IMG/VR virus record: IMGVR_UViG_3300027754_000042
From: a virus
DNA: 64,000 nt
Strand: one strand, 5' to 3'
Shown: piece by piece, positions 54,799 to 64,000 of the stretch
Numbering within the stretch: position 1 is the first letter of the stretch
How the letters are laid out: every line of letters begins with the position of its first letter
Made by a program: the position numbers and the translations under genes
Notes under the pieces: model-generated
The model's database searches: none
The model's input: only the letters and a program-made list of their open reading frames with translations
Told to the model about the DNA's origin: nothing

Positions 54799-55505
54799 TA
54801 AAAAAAATCAGACAGGCCCTCCAACGTAACGGTATCTTCTTGCCCACAACCACGACACTTATAACTAAACGAATGCTTTAGCTTTGGAATCGTTTGAATG
54901 AACTGCATTACCTTAGCAAACTGGACGCTATTGAGGCCTTCAATAAACTGAATTGAATCAGCCAAATTATCCGGTTCGTAAACTTCTTCTGCGTCATATA
55001 CTGACATAATACATTTAGCCAACATCTCAATTTCATCGTCACCCTGAGTAATCTGTTTGATATCACTGATGGTAGGATATCGCATTTCCATACCAAGAAT
55101 GCCATCAAGATCAATTCTACTTGAGTGACTATCACTTTTTTGGACCTTCACTTCTTCAAGATTGATATCAACTGGTGTAACAGCTTCACATGCGATGCCA
55201 GCGTAATTTACACTGCCGGTGTGGCGATATTCCATCTTGACGATTTCACCAATTGACTTCGCTCTAATGTTGAGGAAGATATATTCAAGGTCAAAATATG
55301 GTAGCTTATCCACATTAATATCACTAACGACACATGCGGCGATAACATCTTTCACAGCATCAATCATGGAATTTTGGTCTTCAGCAGATGCAGCCATAAG
55401 CAACATCTTTTCCTCTTTCACAACAAACGGCCTAAAATTAATTCTCTCTCCGTTTGATGGTAGTTCTAATCCAAACTTTGGTGTAGCCAATTTTGGTAGT
55501 GCCAT
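54798..55505 (-). CDS. 26: Baseplate hub subunit gp26
   Basis: MALPK, FRPFVVKEEK.LL.A, FDLEYIFL.IRAKSIGE, MRYP, LEGL.DFF. Confidence 0.92.
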   Translation of the reverse strand: MALPKLATPKFGLELPSNGERINFRPFVVKEEKMLLMAASAEDQNSMIDAVKDVIAACVVSDINVDKLPYFDLEYIFLNIRAKSIGEIVKMEYRHTGSVNYAGIACEAVTPVDINLEEVKVQKSDSHSSRIDLDGILGMEMRYPTISDIKQITQGDDEIEMLAKCIMSVYDAEEVYEPDNLADSIQFIEGLNSVQFAKVMQFIQTIPKLKHSFSYKCRGCGQEDTVTLEGLSDFF

Positions 55506-55527
55506 AATTTACCCCACTTGTTTAATA

Positions 55528-56268
55528 TTAAACCCCAAACATTCCAGGGTCATTTCCAATCCAATCAATAACAAAATCTGAACTGTTTTTGAATGATCTA
55601 TTAGCTTCAATAGATGTGCGATATCTCATTTCAACTTGAAGCTTTGCATATCCTTCATCACCCCATGACATAGCAATATCATTTACAGTGCTTGGGTAAG
55701 CTTCTAGAAATTTGATTTGATTTTGAATGATATGGTCCGGTTGATCTTGCATTGTAAGTCCAGGATTACCTAACCCAGTTCCGGGTGTTTGATTGAATGC
55801 TGGACTACCTGCTACTCTAGGGCTCTGTGTTGGAAATTGTTGAGGTGTTGGTTGTGAATATTGCCAAATTTCAAATTCTCCAATGCCATCATCATAATAT
55901 TTTGAGTCGAACATTCCTGGTACAATGGCTGTATTATAATTAGTACGATGATGCCCAACAAAATAATCTTGCCATTTCATAAATGCTTCGCGCTCGCGCA
56001 TGTCACGCGAGAGAATAACTGTGAAAGTAACTGGTTGGTGTGTAAAACGATATGGCATTGCGCGAACTGGCCCATGATATTGTTGGTCCAATGTTGTCAA
56101 GGTGCGCCCAGGTAGATTAACTGCTTCGATACGAAAGCGCATACCTACCTCTAAACCAGGTAGTGTTCTACCACCTGGACCTCGTGTTATAACAGCTTCA
56201 AAGTGTGAAGGTGCTGCGATACCTGTTCTAGATATTTGTGAGTTAAAAACTGCTACATTAAATGGCAT
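55528..56268 (-). CDS. 54: Baseplate tail-tube initiator gp54-like
   Basis: LPGR.L.T, F..WQ, L.EAYP; tail-tube fold motifs and synteny. Confidence 0.65.
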   Translation of the reverse strand: MPFNVAVFNSQISRTGIAAPSHFEAVITRGPGGRTLPGLEVGMRFRIEAVNLPGRTLTTLDQQYHGPVRAMPYRFTHQPVTFTVILSRDMREREAFMKWQDYFVGHHRTNYNTAIVPGMFDSKYYDDGIGEFEIWQYSQPTPQQFPTQSPRVAGSPAFNQTPGTGLGNPGLTMQDQPDHIIQNQIKFLEAYPSTVNDIAMSWGDEGYAKLQVEMRYRTSIEANRSFKNSSDFVIDWIGNDPGMFGV

Positions 56269-56270
56269 GG

Positions 56271-56873
56271 TTAAATCCTATTGCGACTGTCTTTGTAGAC
56301 AACATTTTTACTTGCTCCAACAAATCTATCAAGCGGAAGAAACAAAGCCATGTCCCACTCAGTGGGTTCAATATAGAAAAATTTAGATTGCACATGCGAG
56401 ATCAGATAACGCTTGACGCATGGCTTGAAGAAACGGTAGCGCGATGCTTGACTAAGGATGTCATAGGATATCTTTAGCTTTGTCTTTTCGTCAAACGTCT
56501 TTGACGACGCTACGTTGTATAATGCATCCATCAGCTTTGCTCGCAGCACTGGTGGCAAATAGTGAAGATTCAAACCAAGAAACGAACCACCAGACGATGC
56601 GGTACCACCAGTCTTGCCACCAGAGCCAATAGGAATTACAAGTGGATATCTATCGTAATATGGTAGTTTGTTTTTAGTTTTTGGATCGTAGCGGAACAGA
56701 TACATGCGACCGATCAGAGGTATGTTTGTTAATCTGTTGGCTTGACTACGAAGCATCAATGCTGGATTGGCATTGACAGCCTGCGCTTGCTTACGGAACC
56801 ATGCGCGAGAGTCGCGCTTGATGCCAGCACTCTCAGCTTTACTAACTAAGCTATCGAAGATGTATGCGACCAT
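56271..56873 (-). CDS. 2: DNA end protector gp2
   Basis: G.MY.F.YDPK.K..LPYYD.YPL, FLGLNLHYL, C.KRYL..HV, W..A..LP. Confidence 0.92.
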   Translation of the reverse strand: MVAYIFDSLVSKAESAGIKRDSRAWFRKQAQAVNANPALMLRSQANRLTNIPLIGRMYLFRYDPKTKNKLPYYDRYPLVIPIGSGGKTGGTASSGGSFLGLNLHYLPPVLRAKLMDALYNVASSKTFDEKTKLKISYDILSQASRYRFFKPCVKRYLISHVQSKFFYIEPTEWDMALFLPLDRFVGASKNVVYKDSRNRI

Positions 56874-57319
56874 TAAAGACCGAGTTCCTTTTCCGTAAGC
56901 ACTACGAATTGCCAGTTGCGATCAGCACAATATTCTTTTGCAGCTTCCCACTTTGAGCTATTTATGCCCCAAGTCATCACTTCTTTCAAGTATTTCTTAC
57001 TTGGCTTTGATGCGCTTTTCTTGATAGTAGGCGGCACAGATTGAGCTTTTGGTTTTACCTCTAGCATCTTCACGCTAACTTTTCCATCTCTATCGCGCAT
57101 CTTAACCACGAAGTCTGGAAAGTATCGGTGCCATTTGCCATCTATTGGAGACTTGTATGGAATCGCAAGCTCTTCTGATGCCCACTGAATAATATTAGGA
57201 TTACTATCAAGATAACCCATGACGCGCAGTTCCCACGATGATCGGTAAACAATCTTCGTGGGATCACCTTTATATTTCTGAGGGTTCTTTGGCGTAAAAC
57301 GCCCACTGTAAGCTTTCAT
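56873..57319 (-). CDS. 4: Head completion nuclease gp4
   Basis: P.NP.KY.GD, YRSSWE, W.SEE, HRYFPDF, EVKP..Q, KW.AA. Confidence 0.95.
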   Translation of the reverse strand: MKAYSGRFTPKNPQKYKGDPTKIVYRSSWELRVMGYLDSNPNIIQWASEELAIPYKSPIDGKWHRYFPDFVVKMRDRDGKVSVKMLEVKPKAQSVPPTIKKSASKPSKKYLKEVMTWGINSSKWEAAKEYCADRNWQFVVLTEKELGL

Positions 57320-57336
57320 GCACTCTATGTATTGCG

Positions 57337-57344
57337 TATAAATA
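57337..57344 (+). promoter_or_regulatory. T4-type late promoter TATAAATA
   Basis: Exact consensus upstream of gp48. Confidence 0.75.
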
Positions 57345-57368
57345 GACTCAGTTAGGAGATAACAAAAT

Positions 57369-58526
57369 ATGCCACCAGACGATAACGCATCAGGAGTTGC
57401 TATAGCAAGAGCGCAAGCAGGTGCACCACCGGTTCAAGCAACCGCCCGCGCACCTGGGCTTACTTCTATAAATCAATCAATGCTTGGTAGCACTGGTGGT
57501 GATCCTTTTAAAGGGGACATCAACACGTTTCCTAGAGACCTAACCATGAATAATAATTGGGTCGAGTTTGTTGCTAAGCCTACAAAAGGTGCAGCCGAAG
57601 ATTTTATCGGTGGTTTTCTTGGCGGCATATCATCTGTCGTTGGAACTGGTGGAACAATTCGTCTTCCATTACCAGCTAATCTTTCTACCGATTACAATCC
57701 ATCATATACTACACCAGATTTAAGTTTAGGAGTTGGATCCGCTCTAAAAGCTTTTGACCGTGGAATTTATAACAACCAAGATATCCCAGGGCAAGCAGCA
57801 ACTGGTGCATCATTAGCTGGAGCAGGAATATCAGCTGGTGCAGCACTAGCTGCAAAAACTGGTGCAGGAGCTGGATTAACTGCTGCTGGTGCAGCATTAG
57901 GTGTAGGCGGGAATGAACTAGCCGCTGCACTCAAAGTTTTTGGTGGCGTCGCACAAAATCCACACAAGATCGTACTATTTACTGGCGTTGATTTTCGTGA
58001 CCATACGTTTAGTTGGAAACTATCTCCACGCAATCGAGAAGAGTCGGATAGTATTCGCCGAATAATTGAAATGTTTGTTTACTACTCGCACCCTGAATTT
58101 GTTGCTGGTGGTTTATTCTTCAAGTATCCAGAATTTTTTGAAATTAAATTTGCCAGAGACTCGTACCTGTTTAGATTGAGACCATCCGTATGCACAGACA
58201 TTAAGGTTGATTACCATTCGCAAGGCTATGCTGCGTATATCCGCAATGCTGATGGTAGTGGTGAACCTGCACCAGCTGAAGTTTCGTTATCATTGACATT
58301 TAAAGAGACTGAAGTTATTTCTAAGCAATACTTAAATCCGTCACCAGTGGCTCCAGCGGCTGTAAGAGAACCGCCATATGTAAATCCGCAGTCAAGAGGC
58401 ACAATGGCTCGGCCGGATGCTGCCGGTAATGCTGCTGACCGCGCACAACCACCAGTGCCTTTAGATCAACGACCTCGTATACCAGTTCCAACTACAGGCA
58501 GTAATCCAGTTTTGCCAAACTATTAA
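57369..58526 (+). CDS. 48: Baseplate tail-tube cap gp48-like
   Basis: I.LPLP, NP....LF.GV.FR.H.F.W.L.P.N..E, L.L.FKE.E. Confidence 0.8.
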   Translation: MPPDDNASGVAIARAQAGAPPVQATARAPGLTSINQSMLGSTGGDPFKGDINTFPRDLTMNNNWVEFVAKPTKGAAEDFIGGFLGGISSVVGTGGTIRLPLPANLSTDYNPSYTTPDLSLGVGSALKAFDRGIYNNQDIPGQAATGASLAGAGISAGAALAAKTGAGAGLTAAGAALGVGGNELAAALKVFGGVAQNPHKIVLFTGVDFRDHTFSWKLSPRNREESDSIRRIIEMFVYYSHPEFVAGGLFFKYPEFFEIKFARDSYLFRLRPSVCTDIKVDYHSQGYAAYIRNADGSGEPAPAEVSLSLTFKETEVISKQYLNPSPVAPAAVREPPYVNPQSRGTMARPDAAGNAADRAQPPVPLDQRPRIPVPTTGSNPVLPNY

Positions 58527-58541
58527 TAATAGAAAGTAGCA

Positions 58542-59129
58542 ATGTTTTATTTCACACCATTTCCTACTGTTCAATATAAGATACCAAATAGCACGAAGTC
58601 GATCCTTGTTACTGATTTGACTCGCCGTTTTGCTTTGTCAAATTTCTTGAAAAATTCAAATGTTGCTTTTGATACCTATCATGTGAAAGATGGTGAGCGC
58701 CCGGATTCTGTTGCATATGATTATTATGGCGATGTAACTATGGATTGGCTTGTGTTATTGACAAACGAAATTCACGATCCGTATTTTCAGTGGGTACTAT
58801 CATATGAAGAAATGAACGCATATTTGATTGACAAATACGGCTCAGTTGAATATACACAGATAACAGATCATCACTACGAAAAAATTATTCAGCAAGCATA
58901 CCTTCAAAATGATTATGGTACACAAAGAATTGTTCCAGAAAAAACCGTTGTTGTTGATAAGACAACATATCTAACTCTAGTTGCAACCGAACGCAAAGTA
59001 AAAACAATCTACGACCACGAGTCGGAATTAAATGAAGAACGTAGAAAAATTTATCTAATGGATTTGAATTACCTTCTCATCATTAAAGATCAACACCCAA
59101 ATATTTTTGATGGAGTCACTGTACGATGA
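58542..59129 (+). CDS. 53: Baseplate wedge gp53
   Basis: YF..FP, DGERPD.VA..YYG, W.VLL.N.I.DP...W, E...NE.RR.I. Confidence 0.9.
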   Translation: MFYFTPFPTVQYKIPNSTKSILVTDLTRRFALSNFLKNSNVAFDTYHVKDGERPDSVAYDYYGDVTMDWLVLLTNEIHDPYFQWVLSYEEMNAYLIDKYGSVEYTQITDHHYEKIIQQAYLQNDYGTQRIVPEKTVVVDKTTYLTLVATERKVKTIYDHESELNEERRKIYLMDLNYLLIIKDQHPNIFDGVTVR

Positions 59130-60388
59130 CAGATCAATCTACGGGTGCTGGTTTACTTTCAACATGCACAATCAATGGCACTGATGTTCGCGCTATTGTA
59201 AATCAGGTTGATTATTTTGAAAGTATCTATACCACAAGCACATCTTGCAATATCGTCGTCAACGATGCCAGCGGGTTTAGCCAAAACGCAAGCTTGAAAA
59301 ATGGCGAAGACGTTGAGATTGCGTTTGGTGGACGTTCGGGATCACAAATCAAAATGAAGTTTGAGGTGTCGATTGTTGGTGATCGTATGCGCGTGAAAGA
59401 TAACCAGGACATGTACACACTCACGGCTGTATCGTCTGAGATGGCTTCGGATAATACAAAATCAATTGACAAGCCATACAAAGATATGAAGCTATCGGAT
59501 ATGGTAAAACAAGTCCATGAAATATACACCAAAGATTCTAAGACAATTAAGAAAGACCTGATTACCAACGAGGAAAGCGAAGGCAAACAAAATTACGTCG
59601 GCACTGGACGCAATCCAACAACCGTATTCCGTTGGGCTGGCAAAGAAGCTAAATCGTCTAAAGCTAAAGCGTCAAATTATGTTTACTACCAAGACAGAGA
59701 CGGGTATCATTTCAAAACGATAGCATCAATGCTCGAAGGTTCTGAAGCTATGACATTCTCATACGCTATGCAGAATACTGGTTCTGGTGGTGATGCAGCA
59801 AAGCGCATTATTTCATTCGAACAGAAACAAGATTTTAATGGGCTAGACGCAAGTGATAGTGGTGCAGAATCTCATCATCAATACATCTACGACCCATTGA
59901 CAGGGAAAATAGATTCGGTTGCTAATGGTCAGAGAGATGGACAAGATTCAAAAACACTCAATGGAAAACCTATTATCGCAAAAGATGAGACAAAAGGAGC
60001 AACACCTGGTTATAGAGGCAAAAGAGTTGATGTTGCTATTGCTCACGGTGGTGTAGGTAAAGGTGAAGGAACTGCCAGTAAATTTATTCAAGCTCGTTCC
60101 CCAAAAGACGTAGAAAACAAAAGAACTATAGGCGAGCATGGAGCACAAGCTACAATTGCTAATCAACTCGAAAATCTTGTGATGAATGTCCTTGTTCCTG
60201 GTAATACCTCTATCAAACCCGGAATAAAAATTAAATTGCAGATACCAGCAAGCCAAGAAGGTAACGAATTAGATAACCGCTCTGGTGTGTTTCTCGTAAC
60301 AAGTGTCCGCCACATCATATATAAAGATGACAAGGATATCAAATACAATTGTGTTTTGGAATGCAAATCCGATTCGCATAGTAAATAA
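59126..60388 (+). CDS. Baseplate hub gp27-like tail protein
   Basis: YFESI, Y.YYQDRDG.HFK, VPG, SG.FLVT.VRH; lies between 53 and 5. Confidence 0.7.
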   Translation: MTDQSTGAGLLSTCTINGTDVRAIVNQVDYFESIYTTSTSCNIVVNDASGFSQNASLKNGEDVEIAFGGRSGSQIKMKFEVSIVGDRMRVKDNQDMYTLTAVSSEMASDNTKSIDKPYKDMKLSDMVKQVHEIYTKDSKTIKKDLITNEESEGKQNYVGTGRNPTTVFRWAGKEAKSSKAKASNYVYYQDRDGYHFKTIASMLEGSEAMTFSYAMQNTGSGGDAAKRIISFEQKQDFNGLDASDSGAESHHQYIYDPLTGKIDSVANGQRDGQDSKTLNGKPIIAKDETKGATPGYRGKRVDVAIAHGGVGKGEGTASKFIQARSPKDVENKRTIGEHGAQATIANQLENLVMNVLVPGNTSIKPGIKIKLQIPASQEGNELDNRSGVFLVTSVRHIIYKDDKDIKYNCVLECKSDSHSK

Positions 60389-60400
60389 GGAAGCTTAGTC

Positions 60401-60784
60401 GTGGCAGAACCCGGTAGTACATTTGGTAAAAATTTAACATGGTGGGTAGGCACCGTTGAAGATCGTGGTACTGGGCAGTTCTCTGGTAAAAAAGATGAAC
60501 TAAAGCTTGGGCGTTTGAAAGTTAGAATCCATGGGCATCACACGGAAGACAAAGGAACTTTACCTACAAAGGATTTGCCATGGTGTGACGTTGCAACACC
60601 GATGACATCAGCATCTATCAGTGGCGTTGGGCGTTCGCCGACTGGTATCACTGAAGGCTCAAAGGTATATGGATTTTTTTATGATGGTGAAGGAGCACAG
60701 TTTCCAGTAGCAGTTGGTTCATTCCCGCATATTCAACAAAAAGGCGGTTCAGGTAAAAAGTCACCAGGTTCAGGTAAGTCATAA
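60401..60784 (+). CDS. 5: gp5 N-terminal OB-fold domain as a separate ORF
   Basis: WWVG.VED, LGR.KVRI.G.H, DLPW, V.GFF.DG...Q.P. Confidence 0.85.
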   Translation: MAEPGSTFGKNLTWWVGTVEDRGTGQFSGKKDELKLGRLKVRIHGHHTEDKGTLPTKDLPWCDVATPMTSASISGVGRSPTGITEGSKVYGFFYDGEGAQFPVAVGSFPHIQQKGGSGKKSPGSGKS

Positions 60785-61755
60785 TGGCAATATCACAATC
60801 ACCATATGCAGATTACTTTATCAAAGTAAATTCTCTATCAACGACAAATCCAACACCGATCCTTACTGGTACGGTAAAATTTGACCGTATACAAAATCAA
60901 ACGATAGAGATAACTGTCAACTATATTACATACAAGTTATTTCAAGGTAATCTTGGAATTGATGAGACTGTTACACCTAACGTATGGAAGCTTCACTTCT
61001 CTGCACCTTTATATCCAGGGAATTATGACGTAGAAGCTAGAGTGATTGACGTTACCAATAATATCATCGTTGTTTCTGATAACGTATACGGCGAACTAAC
61101 CATTACACGCCCACAACCAGCATCACTTCAAGCTAGGTCTCAAAATCTAACGATTCCACAAAAAGTTGCTCTCGTAGCTGGTCTATTAGATGCTGTATCA
61201 AAATTACCAGGTTCTGGTGGTAATTCTGGTGTTGGTGGTAATCCATCAGTTCATCCTACAGTTGATGATGACTGTACAACATCATTTCCTGGGCGTGCTG
61301 ACCAAGAGCGCGAGGAAGATCCTCGCGTCAAAGATAAAGACACAAGACAAAAACCAAATAAGATTCCTAAGCCACCTAAATCACATCCATTTCCTGTTGT
61401 TGGTTCTGGTGGTGGTCCATTAGGTGCGCTTGGTGGTTTATTAGGTGCAGCATTAGGCGGTAAAGCTGGTGGGCTACTAGGTGCTGTTGGTGGTGCATTA
61501 GCAGGAAGCGCATTGGGTGGTGTTATTTCTGGTTTAGGTGGAAGTATACCAAGCTCATTAGGCGACCTTGCTAAGATGGCTACTGGTGGAACTGTTTTAC
61601 CTAGTATGGAATCTGCCGCTGGTGATTTAGAAAAAGTTGCTGGTGAACAAGCTTCGGCGGCTGCCAGAGAAATTCCATTGCCACCAATCAAACCCGCTGA
61701 TATAGCAGGCAGACAAACAGAAGCTGGCACAGTAATGTCATCATCGGTAGGATAA
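60784..61755 (+). CDS. Ig-like domain plus Gly-rich protein between the gp5 halves
   Basis: TPILTGT...W.L....L.PG.Y.V.A (Big-like); GGLLG repeats. Confidence 0.55.
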   Translation: MAISQSPYADYFIKVNSLSTTNPTPILTGTVKFDRIQNQTIEITVNYITYKLFQGNLGIDETVTPNVWKLHFSAPLYPGNYDVEARVIDVTNNIIVVSDNVYGELTITRPQPASLQARSQNLTIPQKVALVAGLLDAVSKLPGSGGNSGVGGNPSVHPTVDDDCTTSFPGRADQEREEDPRVKDKDTRQKPNKIPKPPKSHPFPVVGSGGGPLGALGGLLGAALGGKAGGLLGAVGGALAGSALGGVISGLGGSIPSSLGDLAKMATGGTVLPSMESAAGDLEKVAGEQASAAAREIPLPPIKPADIAGRQTEAGTVMSSSVG

Positions 61756-61767
61756 GGGGAGTATATT

Positions 61768-62883
61768 ATGGCATTTCAAGATCCAAATGCAGCAGCATTA
61801 GCAGCAGGGGCACAACCTGGACAAACTGCTACTGTGACAGATGGCGGTGTTGCTGGTACACCATTTGAAGTAAAAGCACCAGAATCATCGCCTACAAGTT
61901 CACCTGCACCTGCGGGTGGTGGATCAACGGCTGACGAAGCACCGCCTGGTGGTAAGAGCGCAAAGTATCTAGGTAATCACGTTACTACTACAGAATCCGG
62001 TCATAAGATTGAAATTGATAATTCCCCTGGAGATCGCCGCTTACACATTTATCATGCATCGGGTACGTTCATCGAAATCAAAGATGATGGTATGCGTATC
62101 AGCAAAATTGTCGCAAAGGATCAAGAGTATGTGACTGGTGATAAAGATCAAGTTATTCATGGGAACTTTTTTGTTCATGTTGATGGCGACTATACGATGA
62201 AGGTTGAAAAGAAGTTCAAGCTTGAAGTTGGTGATTTTGAACTTATCAGTCATAAAGATATGAATTTTAAATCAGATGGCAATACGTTACAAGAGCATGG
62301 TGGCGATCAGCGCGTACAAGTTAATGGATTTGCTTCTCATCGTGCATCAAAAGATAGGGACTCTATTACAGGTGGCAATAGCTCAACCCACACATTAGGA
62401 AACCATTTCTCAACAACCGTTGGTGATTTTACGAACACCGTTAATGGCGACAAATATGAAACGGTTGGCGGTATATTTTATCTTCATGGTAATAAAGATG
62501 CGTCGATTAGTTCAGGAAAAGATTTAGCATTGGGTGCTGTAGGTTCTGTTGGTATCAATGCCGAAACAGGTCAGTTTACAGCAAAATCTATAACAGGGTG
62601 CCAGATAGATGACCAAAACTTCATTCAGCTTTTCTCATATGGAGCTGGACCAGCATATCTAGGAAACTTTGGTGCTGGCTCAGCGGGTGTACGAGCCAAC
62701 GGTGGGGGTAATGCTGGTGTCGTTTCATCAAGTGCCAAAGCTATTCTATCAGGTGGAACCAACAATATCGTTAAGTCCGGAACGAGTACCATAATTGAAA
62801 GCGGTACCGCGGATACCGTTCCAACAAATACAGGAACATGGATTGGCGTAGGCGTAGTCAGTTCTATTACAACAGGATCTTAA
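61768..62883 (+). CDS. 5: gp5 C-terminal (beta-helix spike) portion
   Basis: NHV..TESGH..E.D.SPG..R.H.YH.SGT..EI, V.GD repeats. Confidence 0.8.
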   Translation: MAFQDPNAAALAAGAQPGQTATVTDGGVAGTPFEVKAPESSPTSSPAPAGGGSTADEAPPGGKSAKYLGNHVTTTESGHKIEIDNSPGDRRLHIYHASGTFIEIKDDGMRISKIVAKDQEYVTGDKDQVIHGNFFVHVDGDYTMKVEKKFKLEVGDFELISHKDMNFKSDGNTLQEHGGDQRVQVNGFASHRASKDRDSITGGNSSTHTLGNHFSTTVGDFTNTVNGDKYETVGGIFYLHGNKDASISSGKDLALGAVGSVGINAETGQFTAKSITGCQIDDQNFIQLFSYGAGPAYLGNFGAGSAGVRANGGGNAGVVSSSAKAILSGGTNNIVKSGTSTIIESGTADTVPTNTGTWIGVGVVSSITTGS

Positions 62884-62889
62884 ACTAAA

Positions 62890-64000
62890 ATGGCAGATCA
62901 ACTCCAATTAGACTACCAGCTAAGAGCCGTTTTAGGGCAGACGATAAATCTTGTTGCCGGCACTGAATATGTGATATATGGCACACCGCACAAGTATATG
63001 GGTACTGATCTAATTCATCAACAAGCTACAAGATTGATGAACGACCATCCAGATTTATTCAATGCGTCTGTTGCGCTTGGTATGATGCGCGATCCTCTTG
63101 GGTATAGACCTCCACCATTTCAATTATCACCTAATGTTGTCGCTGGTCTAGCGGCTGCGTCAGCCGTTGGTAAGCTTGCGGATCTAGCAGGAATGGGAAA
63201 AGCAATAAGCGATCTTGCTCCTGGTCTTAGTTCTGCGATGGAAGGTTTGACAGGGCAAATGGGGTCCTTGATGAAGTCTTTACCGTTCACTAAACTTGGT
63301 GCAATTGGTTTGACATTGCCTGGGAACATTCTCGCAACTAAAGCTATATTGACAGCCGCAATTGGAGGACCATTTTCAGCGATAGCAATGGCCATGAAAG
63401 GTAGTCTACTAGCCGATGTTGTCAAAGCTGCCGAATCTGCTGCTGGTGCGCTTGGTGCCGCTGTAAACCTTGCAAGTCAAGTCGGTGGTTTGGCTAAAGC
63501 TATGAGTTCTGGAAATCCTGTTGCTATGGCAGGTGTGGCTGCTGGGATTGCATCTCAATTCCCTATGATTAATCCAAATGCAATTGCTGGGCAAATGATT
63601 TCTGGTGCTTTGTCTGGCGCTGGTTTTGATATCGCATCAAAGATCCCAAACATGAGCATGGTAGGCGGAATTATGAACATGCTTCATATACCAGGCAAGC
63701 TCCCTACAAAGGATGCACCTAAGCCCATCAAAACTGCTGCACCACCAAAGCCATTAAAACCAGTTGAGCTGAAAAACTTATTTGCTGAAGGCGCAGCCGC
63801 TGGTAGTATTTCAGATTTGACTAAACCATTATCACAACTCATGGGTATTGCTGCTACGGTTGCGGGTGCTGTTGGTGTCGCAAGCATGGTCGCGCATAGC
63901 GCGTCGGCCACATCATCTGGTCGTCAAAAACTAACAGGGAATGCAAATACTGTAAACTGGGGATCTAACGGGTACACACGCGATCCATACGTGGATGCTA
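62890..64000 (+). CDS. Gly/Ala-rich virion protein, 3'-truncated
   Basis: ATG at 62890 (MADQLQLDYQLRAVLG...); frame appears open to the window edge. Confidence 0.6.
   Translation, partial: MADQLQLDYQLRAVLGQTINLVAGTEYVIYGTPHKYMGTDLIHQQATRLMNDHPDLFNASVALGMMRDPLGYRPPPFQLSPNVVAGLAAASAVGKLADLAGMGKAISDLAPGLSSAMEGLTGQMGSLMKSLPFTKLGAIGLTLPGNILATKAILTAAIGGPFSAIAMAMKGSLLADVVKAAESAAGALGAAVNLASQVGGLAKAMSSGNPVAMAGVAAGIASQFPMINPNAIAGQMISGALSGAGFDIASKIPNMSMVGGIMNMLHIPGKLPTKDAPKPIKTAAPPKPLKPVELKNLFAEGAAAGSISDLTKPLSQLMGIAATVAGAVGVASMVAHSASATSSGRQKLTGNANTVNWGSNGYTRDPYVDA

Noticed and set aside
63120-63911. Minus-strand ORFs at the window end
   Set aside because: Shadows of the plus-strand ORF that starts at 62890 and runs off the window
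1-64000. CRISPR array, integrase, transposase or reverse transcriptase (DGR/retron)
   Set aside because: No regularly spaced repeats and no recognisable catalytic motifs were seen; the 42555 nuclease is the usual T4-like exonuclease next to phoH, not Cas4 in a cas context
1-64000. Stop-codon reassignment or suppressor tRNA
   Set aside because: Core genes are intact under the standard code and no tRNA has a CTA, TTA or TCA anticodon

Overview
A 64-kb segment of a large T4-like (Tevenvirinae/Kyanoviridae-like) myophage. Recognisable core genes are rnh, gp1 kinase, thyX, phoH, gp33, gp59, gp32, gp51, gp26, gp54, gp2, gp4, gp48, gp53, gp27-like and a split gp5. TATAAATA late promoters and TTGACA-N17-TAnnAT sigma70-type promoters recur. 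A permuted two-piece tmRNA (tag ANDNAPISYALAA) and a tRNA-His with A73 and no G-1 point to an alphaproteobacterial host. Layout: (i) 1-9.5 kb is a tRNA array interleaved with two autotransporter-like genes, two radical SAM paralogs, oxygenases and two unexplained structured RNAs; (ii) 10-15 kb holds an apparently complete GDP-colitose pathway (GT11, gmd, colD, colC/fcl); (iii) 22-33 kb is a run of small early genes; (iv) 33.8-39.1 kb is a late-promoter operon, csgF-csgG-curlin-FecR-curlin-CHASE2/adenylate cyclase, the best candidate for an undescribed system (phage-encoded amyloid secretion coupled to trans-envelope cAMP signalling); (v) 39-50 kb carries holin-like paralogs flanking a carbamoyltransferase, the tmRNA, kdsA and replication genes; (vi) 50-64 kb is the baseplate/tail module. 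All calls come from motif recognition by eye; no database searches were run.
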